Assembly (NCBI RefSeq): GCF_006345805.1
Contig: NC_042998.1
Coordinates: forward strand, 184,822,001-184,886,000
Direction: 5' to 3'
Source: Octopus sinensis
Lineage: Eukaryota
Length of the DNA: 64,000 nt
Shown here piece by piece: positions 51,415-63,892 of this stretch (position 1 is the stretch's first letter; each line of letters begins with the position of its first letter). The position numbers and the translations under genes were made by a program. The notes under the pieces were generated by a model. It was not told the origin of the DNA and searched no databases. It was given only the letters and a program-made list of their open reading frames with translations.

Positions 51415-51891
51415 GTCCTCCTGGGGCTAAAAACTACAGTAGCATCCACCATTAGGGGTTAGCCATATTGAAATGGCAAAAATACGTCACGATGTATTAC
51501 CGCTACTGTATATAACTCACTTTGATATTTATCATTGTTTGATTTCACTTTTTCAATATCAGCGACAGTGGGCGCTGGAAAAAGTATAAGTATTTGTGAA
51601 GGAAATCTAATTCTCGGCGACAACTATGATTGTCACACGCTGACGAGAGGTCAATACCTCGAAACTCGAGTCCGTGTGTATCATAAGTTGAAGACGGGAA
51701 GGATGACTTCCCTTTGCAAATACTGACAGGACACAGATAGTGTGTCTATGGCCAGCTGGAGGAGTGTGTCCTCCTGGGGCTAAAAATACAGTAGCATCCA
51801 CCCTTAGGGGTTAGCCATATTGAAATGGCAAAAATACGTCACGATGTGTTACCGCTACTGTATATAACTCACTTTGATATTTATCATTGTT
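51415..51891 (+). mobile_element. Putative non-LTR retrozyme insertion: ~353-nt monomer plus ~124-nt terminal redundancy
   Basis: 51415-51539 repeats at 51768-51891, an intact hammerhead lies between them, and the 3' end abuts (TA)n. Confidence 0.72.
51621..51690 (+). ncRNA. Canonical Type I hammerhead ribozyme
   Basis: cacacg-CUGACGA-GAGG(UCAAUA)CCUC-GAAAC(UCGA)GUC/cgugug. Stem I extends through uaugau/aucaua and caac/guug past a UGU/U internal loop. Predicted cleavage 51672/51673. Confidence 0.9.
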
Positions 51892-51991
51892 ATATATATA
51901 TTATATATATATATATATATCAGTTGAATAAAGTTGAAACATGGTCTGGTTTTCACATTTTTTATTATGCTATTTTTATATATATATATTT

Positions 51992-52024
<33 letters not shown>

Positions 52025-52044
52025 GTATACATACATACATGCAA

Positions 52045-52098
<54 letters not shown>

Positions 52099-53117
52099 TT
52101 GCATGTATGTATGTATACATACTTTTACATATGCATACATATATGTGATTATGTGTGTATATAAATGTGTATGCGTACCCGTTGTGTTTATGCGGTTACT
52201 TTTAAGTACATTGAATGTGTGTGTCTATGTGTGTGAATACATGTGTGTATATGTATGTGTGTGTGTGTGTGTGCGGGCGGGCGTGTGTGTATGTATATCT
52301 GTATACATATACATATATACACACACACATGCGAATGTATTCGTGTGCGTTTCCTCATATGTATGTGTGTGTATTTTTTATTCGTGTGTGTTTAGTATTT
52401 CAAAGAAATTCAACAATTGGTGAGTACAACAATTTATCTCGACTGTGTCTCTATCTGTCATGGCAGACCTGAACAAGTGATCCGCAACTTTAGTTGGCGG
52501 CTTTGAACGCCAGGGGGCGCAGTCATCTAGTGCACTTCCGGATTCCGATCTATTCACACAGCCGCTGAGCAACGTTGGGAATGACATTTCGTGTAGCCAT
52601 CTCGCTGAAGCTAGACACGCGTTCACACCTGAGCATAATTATAGATGTTAAAAAAAACAAAAACAAAAACAAAAAAAAACAAAGAGGTAAAATTAAAAAT
52701 ACATATACATACAAACATATAAAACGTGATTATGCTATTGGTTTAGTGGAGAGAATCATAATGGCGGCTCGAATCTTTGATTAATCATGTACTTTTTTTA
52801 TCTTTTGGTGACGGTCGTTGAAGTAGAAAAGGCAAGATTTCGAGAACACTGGTTTGCGACCTGTAGTATATATACGACAAAGGAATAACCGATTATCTTA
52901 TATGCCTCATTAGCTTACAGCTATTTCAATTGTTGGATGTGGTGGACTCCTAGTTGAGTACCTGAGTAACACCTGACAGTTTCATCAGTGCCTCAAGTGT
53001 GAAGCACCTAATGAAGTGATCGAAATAGTCGTCTATTCCTTTGTTATCTCTTTTCTTGTTACCGCTCTGTACTCGCCAAACGTTTCTTGAGTTCTCCACC
53101 AGGTTATTAGTACTGCA

Positions 53118-53592
53118 GTCCTCCTGGGGCTAAAAACTACAGTAGCATCCACCATTAGGGGTTAGCCATATTGAAATGGCAAAAATACGTCACGATGTAT
53201 TACCGCTACTGTATATAACTCACTTTGATATTTATCATTGTTTGATTTCACTTTTTCAATATCAGCGACAGTGGGCGCTGGAAAAAGTATAAGTATTGTG
53301 AAGGAAATCTAATTCTCGGCGACAACTATGATTGTCACACGCTGACGAGAGGTCAATACCTCGAAACTCGAGTCCGTGTGTATCATAAGTTGAAGACGGG
53401 AAGGATGACTTCCCTTTGCAAATACTGACAGGACACAGATAGTGTGTCTATGGCCAGCTGGAGGAGTGTGTCCTCCTGGGGCTAAAAACTACAGTAGCAT
53501 CCACCCTTAGGGGTTAGCCATATTGAAATGGCAAAAATACGTCACGATGTGTTACCGCTACTGTATATAACTCACTTTGATATTTATCATTG

Positions 53593-53593
<1 letters not shown>
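53118..53593 (+). mobile_element. Second copy of the putative retrozyme (period 352)
   Basis: Lies within the duplicated 1.7-kb block; repeat starts at 53118 and 53470. Confidence 0.7.
53323..53392 (+). ncRNA. Canonical Type I hammerhead ribozyme (duplicate)
   Basis: Identical to 51621-51690; predicted cleavage 53374/53375. Confidence 0.88.
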
Positions 53594-53627
<34 letters not shown>

Positions 53628-53694
53628 TTGAATAAAGTTGAAACATGGTCTGGTTTTCACATTTTTTATTATGCTATTTTTATATATATATATT

Positions 53695-53779
<85 letters not shown>

Positions 53780-54547
53780 TTCATCTTTTATCTGTTTCAG
53801 TCATTAGACTGCGGTCATGCTTGAGTACCATCTCGAAGAATATTTTTAGTCCAAGAAATCGATCCCAGAGTGACAAAGAGAGGGAGTGAAAGATATATGT
53901 ACACCTATATTGTATGGTACTTACTGTACTGTATCGGTTTATTTTGTGGAATCGCTGCGGCACGGGACGTAACCAAACCAACACCGGTTGTCAAGCGGTC
54001 ATGGAAGACAGAGACACAAAGACAAAGACAAACACACACAAATGCACACGCGCACACACATACACAACACACGACATGAAATCCATATCTGACATTGCCT
54101 ATTGCCGTGAAATCTATCGGGTTAAATCTAACACTAATGGGCCCTAGTGATTATAAAAATATTTTAAAATGTTTTACAATATTTTATCTGTGTGAATACC
54201 CATCACTCTCTCTCTCTGTCTCTCTTTCTCTCTCTCCCCTATTCCCCTCTCTCTTGCTCGCTCACTCTTTCTCCATTATATGAGTAGTTTTTACATCAGT
54301 TTTAACAAAATGCCGAGATACTGTTTTTCTATTTAAATGATATAATGTCCTCTCTGTCCAAAACACATAATTGCATCTCGTATGCGTTGTCGCGCGGTGC
54401 GTGTGGATAAAGTAGGATAATGGCCGATCTTCCTTTATATTATTCATACTAGCTAAAGTTGAATTAAACTTTGAGGTGTAGCCTTACAACAATTTTGGAC
54501 TGTAGTTCATTATCAAAACTTAACTGACGATGTCTTTGTCTATCTAA

Positions 54548-54944
54548 TCTTTATATATAAAAGTGAGGTTGTGTGCTGTCTGTCTCCTACGATTTAGATT
54601 CCTAACTACTCCCACATTTTGCGGTGCAGTTTAACCAAAACCGGGTATCTTATAGTCGTGATTCATATCGAGCCCTTCTGGGTATTAGCGCGCGTCTACG
54701 ATGAGTCTACGATTTAAAAAAAAAATTACCATAAATTTTTCCCATTTTTAATGCATTTTTGGCATATATAAGGGAAGTAACTCTCTAAAAATTTATTATT
54801 AAATCTTAGAACGTAAAAAGCTACAGTAACACCCCCACCTTTGTGGTTAGCCATATTGAGATGGCTATTATACTTTACATCTCTAAAAATGCTTATATAG
54901 TTATTTCCCTTACAAACCCAAGCAACGCCGGGCGATACTGCTAG
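54548..54944 (+). mobile_element. Non-autonomous Helitron
   Basis: a/TCTTTATATATAAAAG ... gcaacgccgggcgatactgCTAG/t. Confidence 0.9.
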
Positions 54945-55681
54945 TTGTGTATAAATGTATAGTTTCACGCACTTCACCAACAGATGTTCAAGCAATCCAC
55001 AAAATGCAGATCAACAAGACAGAAAAAAGAAAGAAAGAAAGGCTGCGATATGATGTAGCAGCAGCCATACAGCTCAATATAATAATTGCCATATGCCATA
55101 GAACCCATCATTAACCATATGAATCATGAGCTAGTTTGTTATTGGGGGTTAACTTGTGCTATTCAGAACAAAATGATTCCGAATTCAAAGTTTCGTCTTG
55201 AATTCTATTTCTGTCACGTATTTATTGTCTATACTTGAGAAACAATAATTATTTCATCGACCCAACAAAGTATTCACTACACGCTCATTCGATCTGTTGG
55301 AAATAGTAACCAAATTACTAAGAGAGTATTTACACAATAAATGATGTGGTCGTAGGTGCACTGCGTATGTAAACAATAGTACAGTTATAATCTTAACACC
55401 ATTTTGTCATAGAACTAAACAACACCATTAACGACATGTTTTTAATCAGAATTAAATGATCACATCGCAAATTAGTAACTTACGTCTGCATGATCATTGA
55501 AAAGTATTTCATGTCCTACACTGCTTTTCAGTTTACTGGAGAGATCCCGTTTTTGTTATTTTCCAGAGTAAAAGTGAAGTTCGCATATACATGCCTTAGC
55601 GTACATTGGAAATATAATTGAACTGAAAACCAGAACAGTGTTGTAGATTTAGCTTAAGAGTATCTTCCTTACACACGACTG

Positions 55682-56683
55682 AATTCCCATATAAACGTCA
55701 ACCAGGAGAAATATATTCTTTTGAACTAAGTATATTCGACTGTGTCAGGATGGTCTTAATACATGAAAGTTGTAACAATCTGTGCTGTTCGCGTACGTAG
55801 AGATGACAACTATATCATGGTTATGATTTCAGTTAACTCTAACAGTTGTGCGAATTTCCACCAGGCAGTCTTCTGAGTACATCTTCAATAGGCTTGTATC
55901 ATATCAACGAAGTGTCCTTTTCGCACACCTGAGATTGGAGATTTAAAAATTAAATTGGGGTTTAGGAGAAAAGATCTAGTTTAGATTTCTGGAAGCACTC
56001 CGTCGGTTACGACGACGAGGGTTCCGGTTGATCCGAATCAACGGAACAGCCTGCTCGTGAAATTAACGTGTAAGTGGCTGAGCACTCCACAGACACGTGC
56101 ACCCTTAACGTAGTTCTCGGGGATATTCAGCGTGACACAGAGAGTGACAAGGCCGGCCCTTTGAAATACAGGTACAACAGAAACAGGAAGTAAGAGTGAG
56201 AGAAAGTTGTGGTGAAAGAGTACAGCAGGGATCACCACCATCCCCTGCCGGAGACTCGTGGAGCTTTTAGGTGTTTTCGCTCAATAAACACTTACAACGC
56301 CCGGTCTGGGAATCGAAACCGCGATCCTATGACCGCGAGTCCGCTGCCCTAACCACTGGGCCATTGCGCCTCCACTTAATTCCCATATAAACGTCAACCA
56401 GGAGAAATATATTTGAACTAAATATATTCGACTGTGTCAGGATGGTCTTAATACATGAAAGGTGTAATAATCTGTGCTGTTCGTGTACATAGAGATGACA
56501 ACTATATCATGGTTTATTATTTCAGTTAACTCTAACAGTTGTGTGAATTTCCACCAGGCAGTCTTCTGAGTACATCTTCAATAGGCTTGTATCATATCAA
56601 TGAAGAGTCGTTTTCGCACACCTGAGGTTGGAGATTTAAAAATTAAATTGGGGTTTAGGAGAAAGGATCTAGTTTAGATTTCT
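55682..56683. repeat. ~307-bp direct repeats flanking a SINE
   Basis: 55682-55990 and 56378-56683, about a dozen substitutions and 2 indels. Confidence 0.92.
55991..56375 (-). mobile_element. tRNA-derived SINE family A
   Basis: Near-identical to the copies at 19998 and 46304. Confidence 0.95.
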
Positions 56684-56799
56684 ATTATACGTGTGGAATA
56701 AGCTAAGCAGGTAATGGGAGATGAATGATGAAACTAGTGACGAAAAGAATTGACAAGAAAAATAGGACAAATGTTGCATTGGATTTTTTCTTTTTTTCT

Positions 56800-57025
56800 T
56801 CTTTTATTCGTTTCAGTCATTTGACTGCGACCATACTGGAGCACCACTTTTATTCGAGCAAATCGACCCCAGGACTTATTCTTTGTAAGCCCAGTACTTA
56901 TTCTATCGGGGTCTTTTACCGAACTGCTAAGTTACCGGGACATAAACACACTAGCATCGGTTGTCAAGCGATGTTGGGGGGACAACACAAACACACAAAC
57001 ATATACGAATATATATATCTATCTA

Positions 57026-57056
<31 letters not shown>

Positions 57057-57218
57057 GACGGGCTTCTTTCAGTTATCGTCTACCAAATCCACTCACAAGG
57101 CTTTGGTCGGCCTGAGGCTATAGTAGAAGAGACTTACCCACGGTACCACGCAGTGGGATTGAACCCGGAACCGTGTGGTTGGTAAGCAAGCTACTTACCA
57201 CACAACCACTCCTGCGCC
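56800..57218 (-). mobile_element. SINE family B, full length
   Basis: Reverse complement of the 36958-37380 type. Confidence 0.88.
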
Positions 57219-59133
57219 TATGAATTTATAAAGTGGCACGTTTTAAGAAAGATGAACATAAGCCTCTCTTGAGTATTGAGATTGTAACTGAATTGTAACT
57301 GAGATTGTAACTGAAAAGCCTTTGTTATTGACGTAATCTTATTTGAGAAAACTGGTTCAACACAAGTTCTCAAGTGTGCCACTATCCATAGAGTGGCGGA
57401 GCTTACTCTAACTTCTGTGGCGTTAAATATTTGAGAAATATTTTACACCTTGAATGAGTGTGCGGCAACCAGGTAGGATTGTTATAACGGAAAATGTATT
57501 ATGGTATTTCTTACAGTCCTCTAAGTTCCGAGTTCAAATTCTACTGAGACCAGCTTTGCCTTTTATCTACCTGCGGTCGATAGACTATAGTTTTTGGTAA
57601 GTATTAGAGTCAATGGTATTGACTACTCTGCGCTCAAAAATGCTGGCCTTGTGCCTAAATCTCAAGCCAATGTGTATGTGTGTGAGACAATACAATGAAA
57701 TCGTTACCAAAGGTTATTCAGTTGTTTTTAATCGAGTACCGTATTTTGTTCACGGGCCCTAATGTTCATTTGAATAAGTTCTTCTAGTTGATTGATTCGG
57801 TCCTAGTGGATTACAGATACTAGTGTTAGCAACATTGAAAAGTAAAGTCGACACCAACGAGGTTAGAAATCACGACGCAGAGAGAAGAAACTAGGCGTCA
57901 TCAGCGGTTTAGTGCAAACATTTCTAACACATTAACACCTTTTATTTGTTAAATATAAACTAACATCAGCTGTATTTATTCCCATCGCAACTTTATCAAA
58001 ATACAGGTCTCGTAATTTGGGGAGAAAGTTATTTTTTTTCTTTTGTGAAAGAAAATAATTAACTAATTAATTGATTAATTAATTAATTAATTGACACATC
58101 GTGCAATTTAATTAACTTGAGTTATCGTAAATTTTATATCTAAAAATAATCCAATCGCTGTTATGATAGAGTATGTGCGTGTTAAAGACGCGTGTGTATA
58201 TCCGTGGCTATCAATGTTGACATATGTATGTGTTTTAGGTACACACGCACATGTTATAGTTCAACATAGTCAGTATAAAACACTCAAGAGCTGTTGATCA
58301 ATACTATGATGTAAAAGGTGTTATGAAGAGGTGACCAAGCGGTCAAATACATAGTAAGTCTAAAAAAAAAAAATAAGCAATAAATAGATAAACAAATAAG
58401 CAAGGAAAAATCTAAAGCGGCTAATCACGTTAGCATCTGTGACAACAAGCTGACAAGAAGTGGGTGGGCTCCCTGAAAGATTACCCTTTCCCCTCGTTCC
58501 CTGAAACAGCTGGCTCCACTCGCTGCCGTCATGCCAATTGTCAGCCAGCCATGCAGTATTACGCTCTCGTCTGTCTGAGGAAAGATACGAACTGATAATA
58601 CCATTTCGTCCCAAACAGTTGAGAAAGGCTTCAGGGGAAGATTTAAAACCCAGTGATATGAGTCATTAATATGTATCAACATAAAATAGTAAGGTGACTG
58701 ATTGATTAAAAAGCTCGAGTTCGCGGCTCATAGGTCATGGGTTTAAATTTTGTTGAAAGCATCCCTCTCTTTGGAAAATATGTAATTAATCAGATATTTA
58801 AGATAGATTGGTTGGCATTAAGAAAAAGTGTCCAGTTGAACAATGCCTGCTGAAGCCGACAGAAAAAAAAAAGAAACAAACAAAAAAAACGGGTATTATA
58901 GACTTCAACCTATCTTTGCAAAACATTTCAAGTCCTGTATTTTCTACGGAAGGAAAGAAGAAATACAATAGTAAACATTTTAAATAATACCTGTGTTGCA
59001 CCAATTTGAGGTGAAATAACACAGAAGGTAAAGTATTGAAATATTAGTTTTTGCTTGATAGGTTCATGTTCAGATGCAGAATTTACGTTGCGTTTCTCGT
59101 CAACGCAGCTGACTCTAAATTTACACACACACG

Positions 59134-59182
<49 letters not shown>

Positions 59183-59319
59183 AAACACACAAATAAACAC
59201 ACACATTTTTTCAACGTGTGACCGTTAATCCCAACACATTTTTCTCTCTCCGTTTCCTCTTTCTTTTTTCCTCACTCTCTCTCTCTGTCTCAGTCTTTGC
59301 CTGCCTGTCTGTCTGTCTA

Positions 59320-59372
<53 letters not shown>

Positions 59373-59394
59373 ATCCATTTTTCCCTTCTCATCG

Positions 59395-59430
59395 CTTTCT
59401 GCCGAAGAGCGTAGGCTCGAAACGTCAAAG
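59395..59430 (+). ncRNA. Minimal hammerhead motif (core variant)
   Basis: cuuu-CUGCCGA-A-GAGC(GUAG)GCUC-GAAAC-GUC-aaag, with a 4-bp stem I. Confidence 0.45.
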
Positions 59431-60628
59431 ACTTTTCCATTTTTCCCGACCGTCAAACTAACACACCTGCTTGTTGTTTCCTCGCCTGTCTCTGTCTTTT
59501 GTTTTCGGTACATTACATATATACTCACACATATATTTAACGAAAAGAGCCTTTAACATCTAACTGTAAACATATATGCAGTGAGAAAAAGGTATCATCA
59601 ACTCAGTGATTTATTATTTTAATAATTTCGGCGACTACCTGAGATAACTCTGGACTTGCTTCGTTGCTATTTGACATCTTCTGTGAAGCATAAACTCAAC
59701 CGTTCATACTGAAATACTGAGGAGAGAATTTCTAAATAAATGCACGATACTGTACACAAATATAACTATTATGTTATTCAATATAAAATATAATATTATT
59801 TAAATATTAGATGAGAGTCGATTAATATCTTTACAAATGAAAATAGTTGGGTGAAAGTAATATATCTGAAATAGTGTTTAAATAATGTAATGTATATTTA
59901 TTTAGTAAATCAGCTACTAACATTCCTAGTGCAGTGGGACAGGATATTTTAATTAATTATGATTACATCCATAGTGAGAAAAACAATCATTATGTTAATG
60001 ACTACATGTGTTCAAGAAACATAAGGGAGACAACATCTGGAAATTAAATTAAATTTAAATTACTAAAACATAAAAATGCAATTCAGAGTGTATTTGATGT
60101 TTGGCAGTGTTGTGAAAACAATGAACATGTTTCAGACTTATTAAACCTCAAAAGGGAAGTATAGGCAAAGCGTTACAGGAAAGTTTAGAAGACGTGAGAA
60201 GTATATAAATACGATGTTTGTGAACGAATAGATTGTTCTTATGATTTAAAAGATTGTCTGTGAAAACAATTTGCAGTGTAAGAACAATTTTTGAGTGTCA
60301 AAGAGTAACTCCATAAATTTGGGATGAGGAATTCGCCAAACGGTCGCTCGACTGAAGCATCGTGATATGAAGTGTCTTCCTGAAGAACAAATGAGTCGCT
60401 CGGTCTGTGACTCGAAACGACGACCACATAATCGTGAACCAAAAATCCTAGCAACATAGTAGTACGATTCACGGAATATTACCAAGAATTATAGTTCATT
60501 GGAGATTGTTGAATGGTTGGCGGCAATTATGCCTTTAGTACACCAGATTCTGTGCGTGGGCAGTTTTTAACATGTTTCCCTGTCACTTCAAAAGAAGAGA
60601 AGGCACACTAGAGAATGAAGCTTTAGAT

Positions 60629-60954
60629 CAGTGGTTCTCGACCGGGCTCCATGTGACTATCGGGGTGTCCATATAAGATTTGGGGGGTCCGTATTAACAA
60701 AATAGTAAATTGGGAACGCGCAGTAGTATTTCAAGGGTCCGCGTAAAGTTATGATTTAAATGTATGTGTTGCAAGATTTCTTTCTCTCACGTTCTACTTA
60801 TACAAGTGAATGTGTGAATAACAAAATGGGAATTCTGAAAGAAGTATCTATAAACTTAGTCTTTAAACATCGAATAGCTATGGAGGTCCACCAGAATAGT
60901 GATCCATAGATAAAACAAAGTGATCCACAGATAAAATGTGGTTGAGAACTACTG
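60629..60954. mobile_element. hAT (Charlie-like) MITE
   Basis: TIRs cagtggttctcgacc / ggttgagaactactg; 8-bp TSD ctttagat / ttttagat. Confidence 0.85.
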
Positions 60955-62139
60955 TTTTAGATAGATTCTGAAAATGACCGAGGGTAAAGAAAAGAAGACT
61001 TATAGTCATGTTTTTGGACCCTTTTGATAATTATTCTGGATTTGGAACTAAACAACGACTCAGACTGCATGCAATCCTATGGGCCTTTCTTTTATATTTT
61101 TTTTTAGTGATTGTTTTTACTTAGAATTCCTGAAAATACTGTTATCTTATTTTCTATTCTTTGTTTCCTTTTTCTTTCGCGTTTCTCTTCGATTTGGTCA
61201 CAAGGCAGCGATAAGATGGTAGTTGGAAACATTTTTTTTTGTAGTTTACTGATGTTTTTGTTTGTAAGTAATATTTATGACAAAAGAAAAAAATCTAAAT
61301 ATAAAAGTTAATAACATATCGAAAGAATTCTGTTCTTGCTAAATATTGTTGTTGCTACTGTTATTGTTGTCGCCGAGGTTGATATATTCTTTGTCTTTGC
61401 TATTTTTTCCCTATTTTTTTGCCTATATAGTATTGTTAGTTTCGCGTTAATGTTTTATGATGCTCATCTTACTGTTCGATGTGTTGTTGTTGCAATTTGC
61501 TGCTGCTAACACCGGCAGTGGCATTATTGTTGCTACTACTGGTGCTGCTGTCGCTATTCATAAGCGATATTTATGCTTTGTTTTAATAAAACATAACCGA
61601 TTTATGTAATGTTCTTAGTTACGTATACCATGTTGTATTACAATGGCGGCAACGATAATTAACCACTTGTTCCCTACATTCAGCTGATTTATGCATTTAA
61701 TATGGTGATCTTTTGACATGACATATCTCATTATATGCATACGTTAAATATTTCACCCTTTCTTTCTCTCGCCTCTCTTCCTTTCGCTCTCATTTATTTT
61801 GTCAATTTTAAATCTCATATATATCTTCAAAAGCGTAGCTCTGTATTCACAATCAGCAGGAATCTTCGACTGTCTTCCATTTCAAAGATAGATGTATCTC
61901 AAAACGAACACATATCCATTAAATAAACAACGAGGAAAATATTTTGAAAAAAAATGTGGCATTTTGGCTTTTTTACCATTTTTTAGTCTATTCCTGTGTT
62001 TCTGCTCGCATACATGTATTCGTATGTGTGTATAACAATGATTGCGTGTGTGCGTGTAAATACATCCATCCACACATATATATGTATATATGTGTGTATG
62101 TGTGTGTGCATGCGTGGGGTTTTAAGCCATCTATTCTGG

Positions 62140-62790
62140 ATTAAAATATTCTTCCATATTTGATTAAATACTTGTATCAGAACAATGGCTGTCTGTAGTA
62201 CATCTGCTTTTAACAGATCTGGATGTATACAATTTTTAGCCGACCATTTATGGTTTAGCAGCTGCATAAGTGCTGTGGTACCTAGTAGCAAACTAAACAA
62301 TTCTTCAACTGTTCTTCAACTGCAAATACTTTTACTCTTCTCAAATTGGTGTTCTCTATCCATTGTCTTCTGGATAAATTCTTACCACCTTGTTATTACA
62401 ACAGAGTATTTGGTCAATAGATTTCCATTATGATCTCATCTCATTACAATCTATGCTTTAATACTGAATGAAGGAAATAATGATATAAAATTGTCATAAA
62501 GAATGAAAAATGTTTTTACGAGAGAGTTGCAATCGGAGAAGCATTACTCTCACCCTTATTACTATGAAGATGGTCTGCAAAATACTGCCGAAATATGCTA
62601 TGCTTAGAGAAAAACATGCAAGTTTCAGAAAAGTTAGTGGACATGACAATCATTTATAACAGGTCTCATGTATGTCATGTGAAATGTTATAGACCAATCG
62701 AGTGAATTGCGTTCATCAATGGTATATTTTTCATTGACTTTGAAAATGCATTTGACAGTAATTCCCACAAAATCTTAGCAAAAATTTTAT
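62140..62790. mobile_element. Old RTE-like reverse transcriptase remnant with an internal inversion
   Basis: Minus strand IHPDLLKAD...LIQVFNQIW (62140-62300); plus strand RSITL...KMVCKIL, LREKHASFRK and FIDFENAFDS (62530-62790). Confidence 0.7.
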
Positions 62791-62842
62791 ATCTTAGAAA
62801 TGTGAACATATCCATGAAAATTAATGAAAACTTCCCTTTTTA

Positions 62843-62940
<98 letters not shown>

Positions 62941-63038
62941 ACTATCTATCTACATAACTGAAGAGATGGCGGCGTGGATTTTCACCTCGGCATCCGAAAC
63001 TCGGAGTTTTATCATGGCTACCGAATAATTGTCACATG

Positions 63039-63077
<39 letters not shown>

Positions 63078-63664
63078 CACACACGGCGGGTTTCTTTCAG
63101 TTTCCGTCTACCAAATCCACTCACAAGGCCTTGGTCGGCCCGAGGCTATAGTAGAAGACACTTGCCCAAGATGCCACACAGTGGGACTGAATCGGAACCA
63201 TGTGGTTGGGAAGCAAACTTCTTACCACATCCGTTTAGACAAATATTTTTCATGTCATTTTAGTGGTTACTTCCGATTGCATGTGCTGCACAGGAACATA
63301 CTTGTCACAAAAACTTTAAAAAATTTTTGCTGTCTATTTTTATGAAATATTTAAAGACATAATACTGTTTTATAGAGTCTCACAGTCATATTTATAAACT
63401 CACTGTCATGTGATAAAGTTGCGCTTCGCAGAGAAGTATACGAACCTCCCAGTTAATAAGTCGAACCACGTACACCATGTACACCGGACAATGACGTACA
63501 ATATGAGACAAAGGAGGTGAAGAAATCTAAGATTTTAGTGCATTATCTTGTTCAGAAGCGCTTTGGTATAAACTAAATGCAGTTTTCTATATACAATAAA
63601 TACATAGCTTAATTCCCGTTGGTTGTTCTCTTCGGGTTTTCTGTCTTATGTTGTATCTGCAAAT

Positions 63665-63892
63665 GGCGATCCTTCAGTATAGGTACCGTAAGTACCGGAA
63701 GTGGCTTTGTTTACATTTTTGAAGATAACAGAAACCCTTTTCTACCACCCCTAACCCTAACACAAACCCTAACCCTAACACAAACCCTAACCCTAACACA
63801 AACCCTAACCCTAACCCCCCATATATATATATAAAAAAACCACTTTCTTGAAATGTATCCGGTACTTTCGGTACCTATACCGAAGTTACGCC
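63665..63892. mobile_element. MITE with ~35-bp TIRs, 8-bp TSD and internal telomere-like repeats
   Basis: ggcgatccttcagtataggtaccgtaagtaccgga / tccggtactttcggtacctataccgaagttacgcc; TSD ctgcaaat at 63657-63664 and 63893-63900; interior (ccctaa)2-cacaaa repeats. Confidence 0.85.

Larger units (their letters stand above)
50273..53715. repeat. Near-identical ~1.70-kb tandem duplication
   Basis: Anchors 50761/52463 and 51921/53625 give a period of 1702-1704. Breakpoints fall in (TA)n. Confidence 0.95.

Noticed and set aside
60380-60425. Hammerhead-like CUGAAGA...GAGUCGC/GUGACUC-GAAAC
   Set aside because: It has a 6-nt insertion in the core and no stem I or NUH site. Better explained as the antisense B-box region of a decayed SINE head.
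63748-63815. Chromosome-end telomere or TLTLTQ repeat protein
   Set aside because: Short, interrupted array inside a TIR/TSD-bounded MITE.
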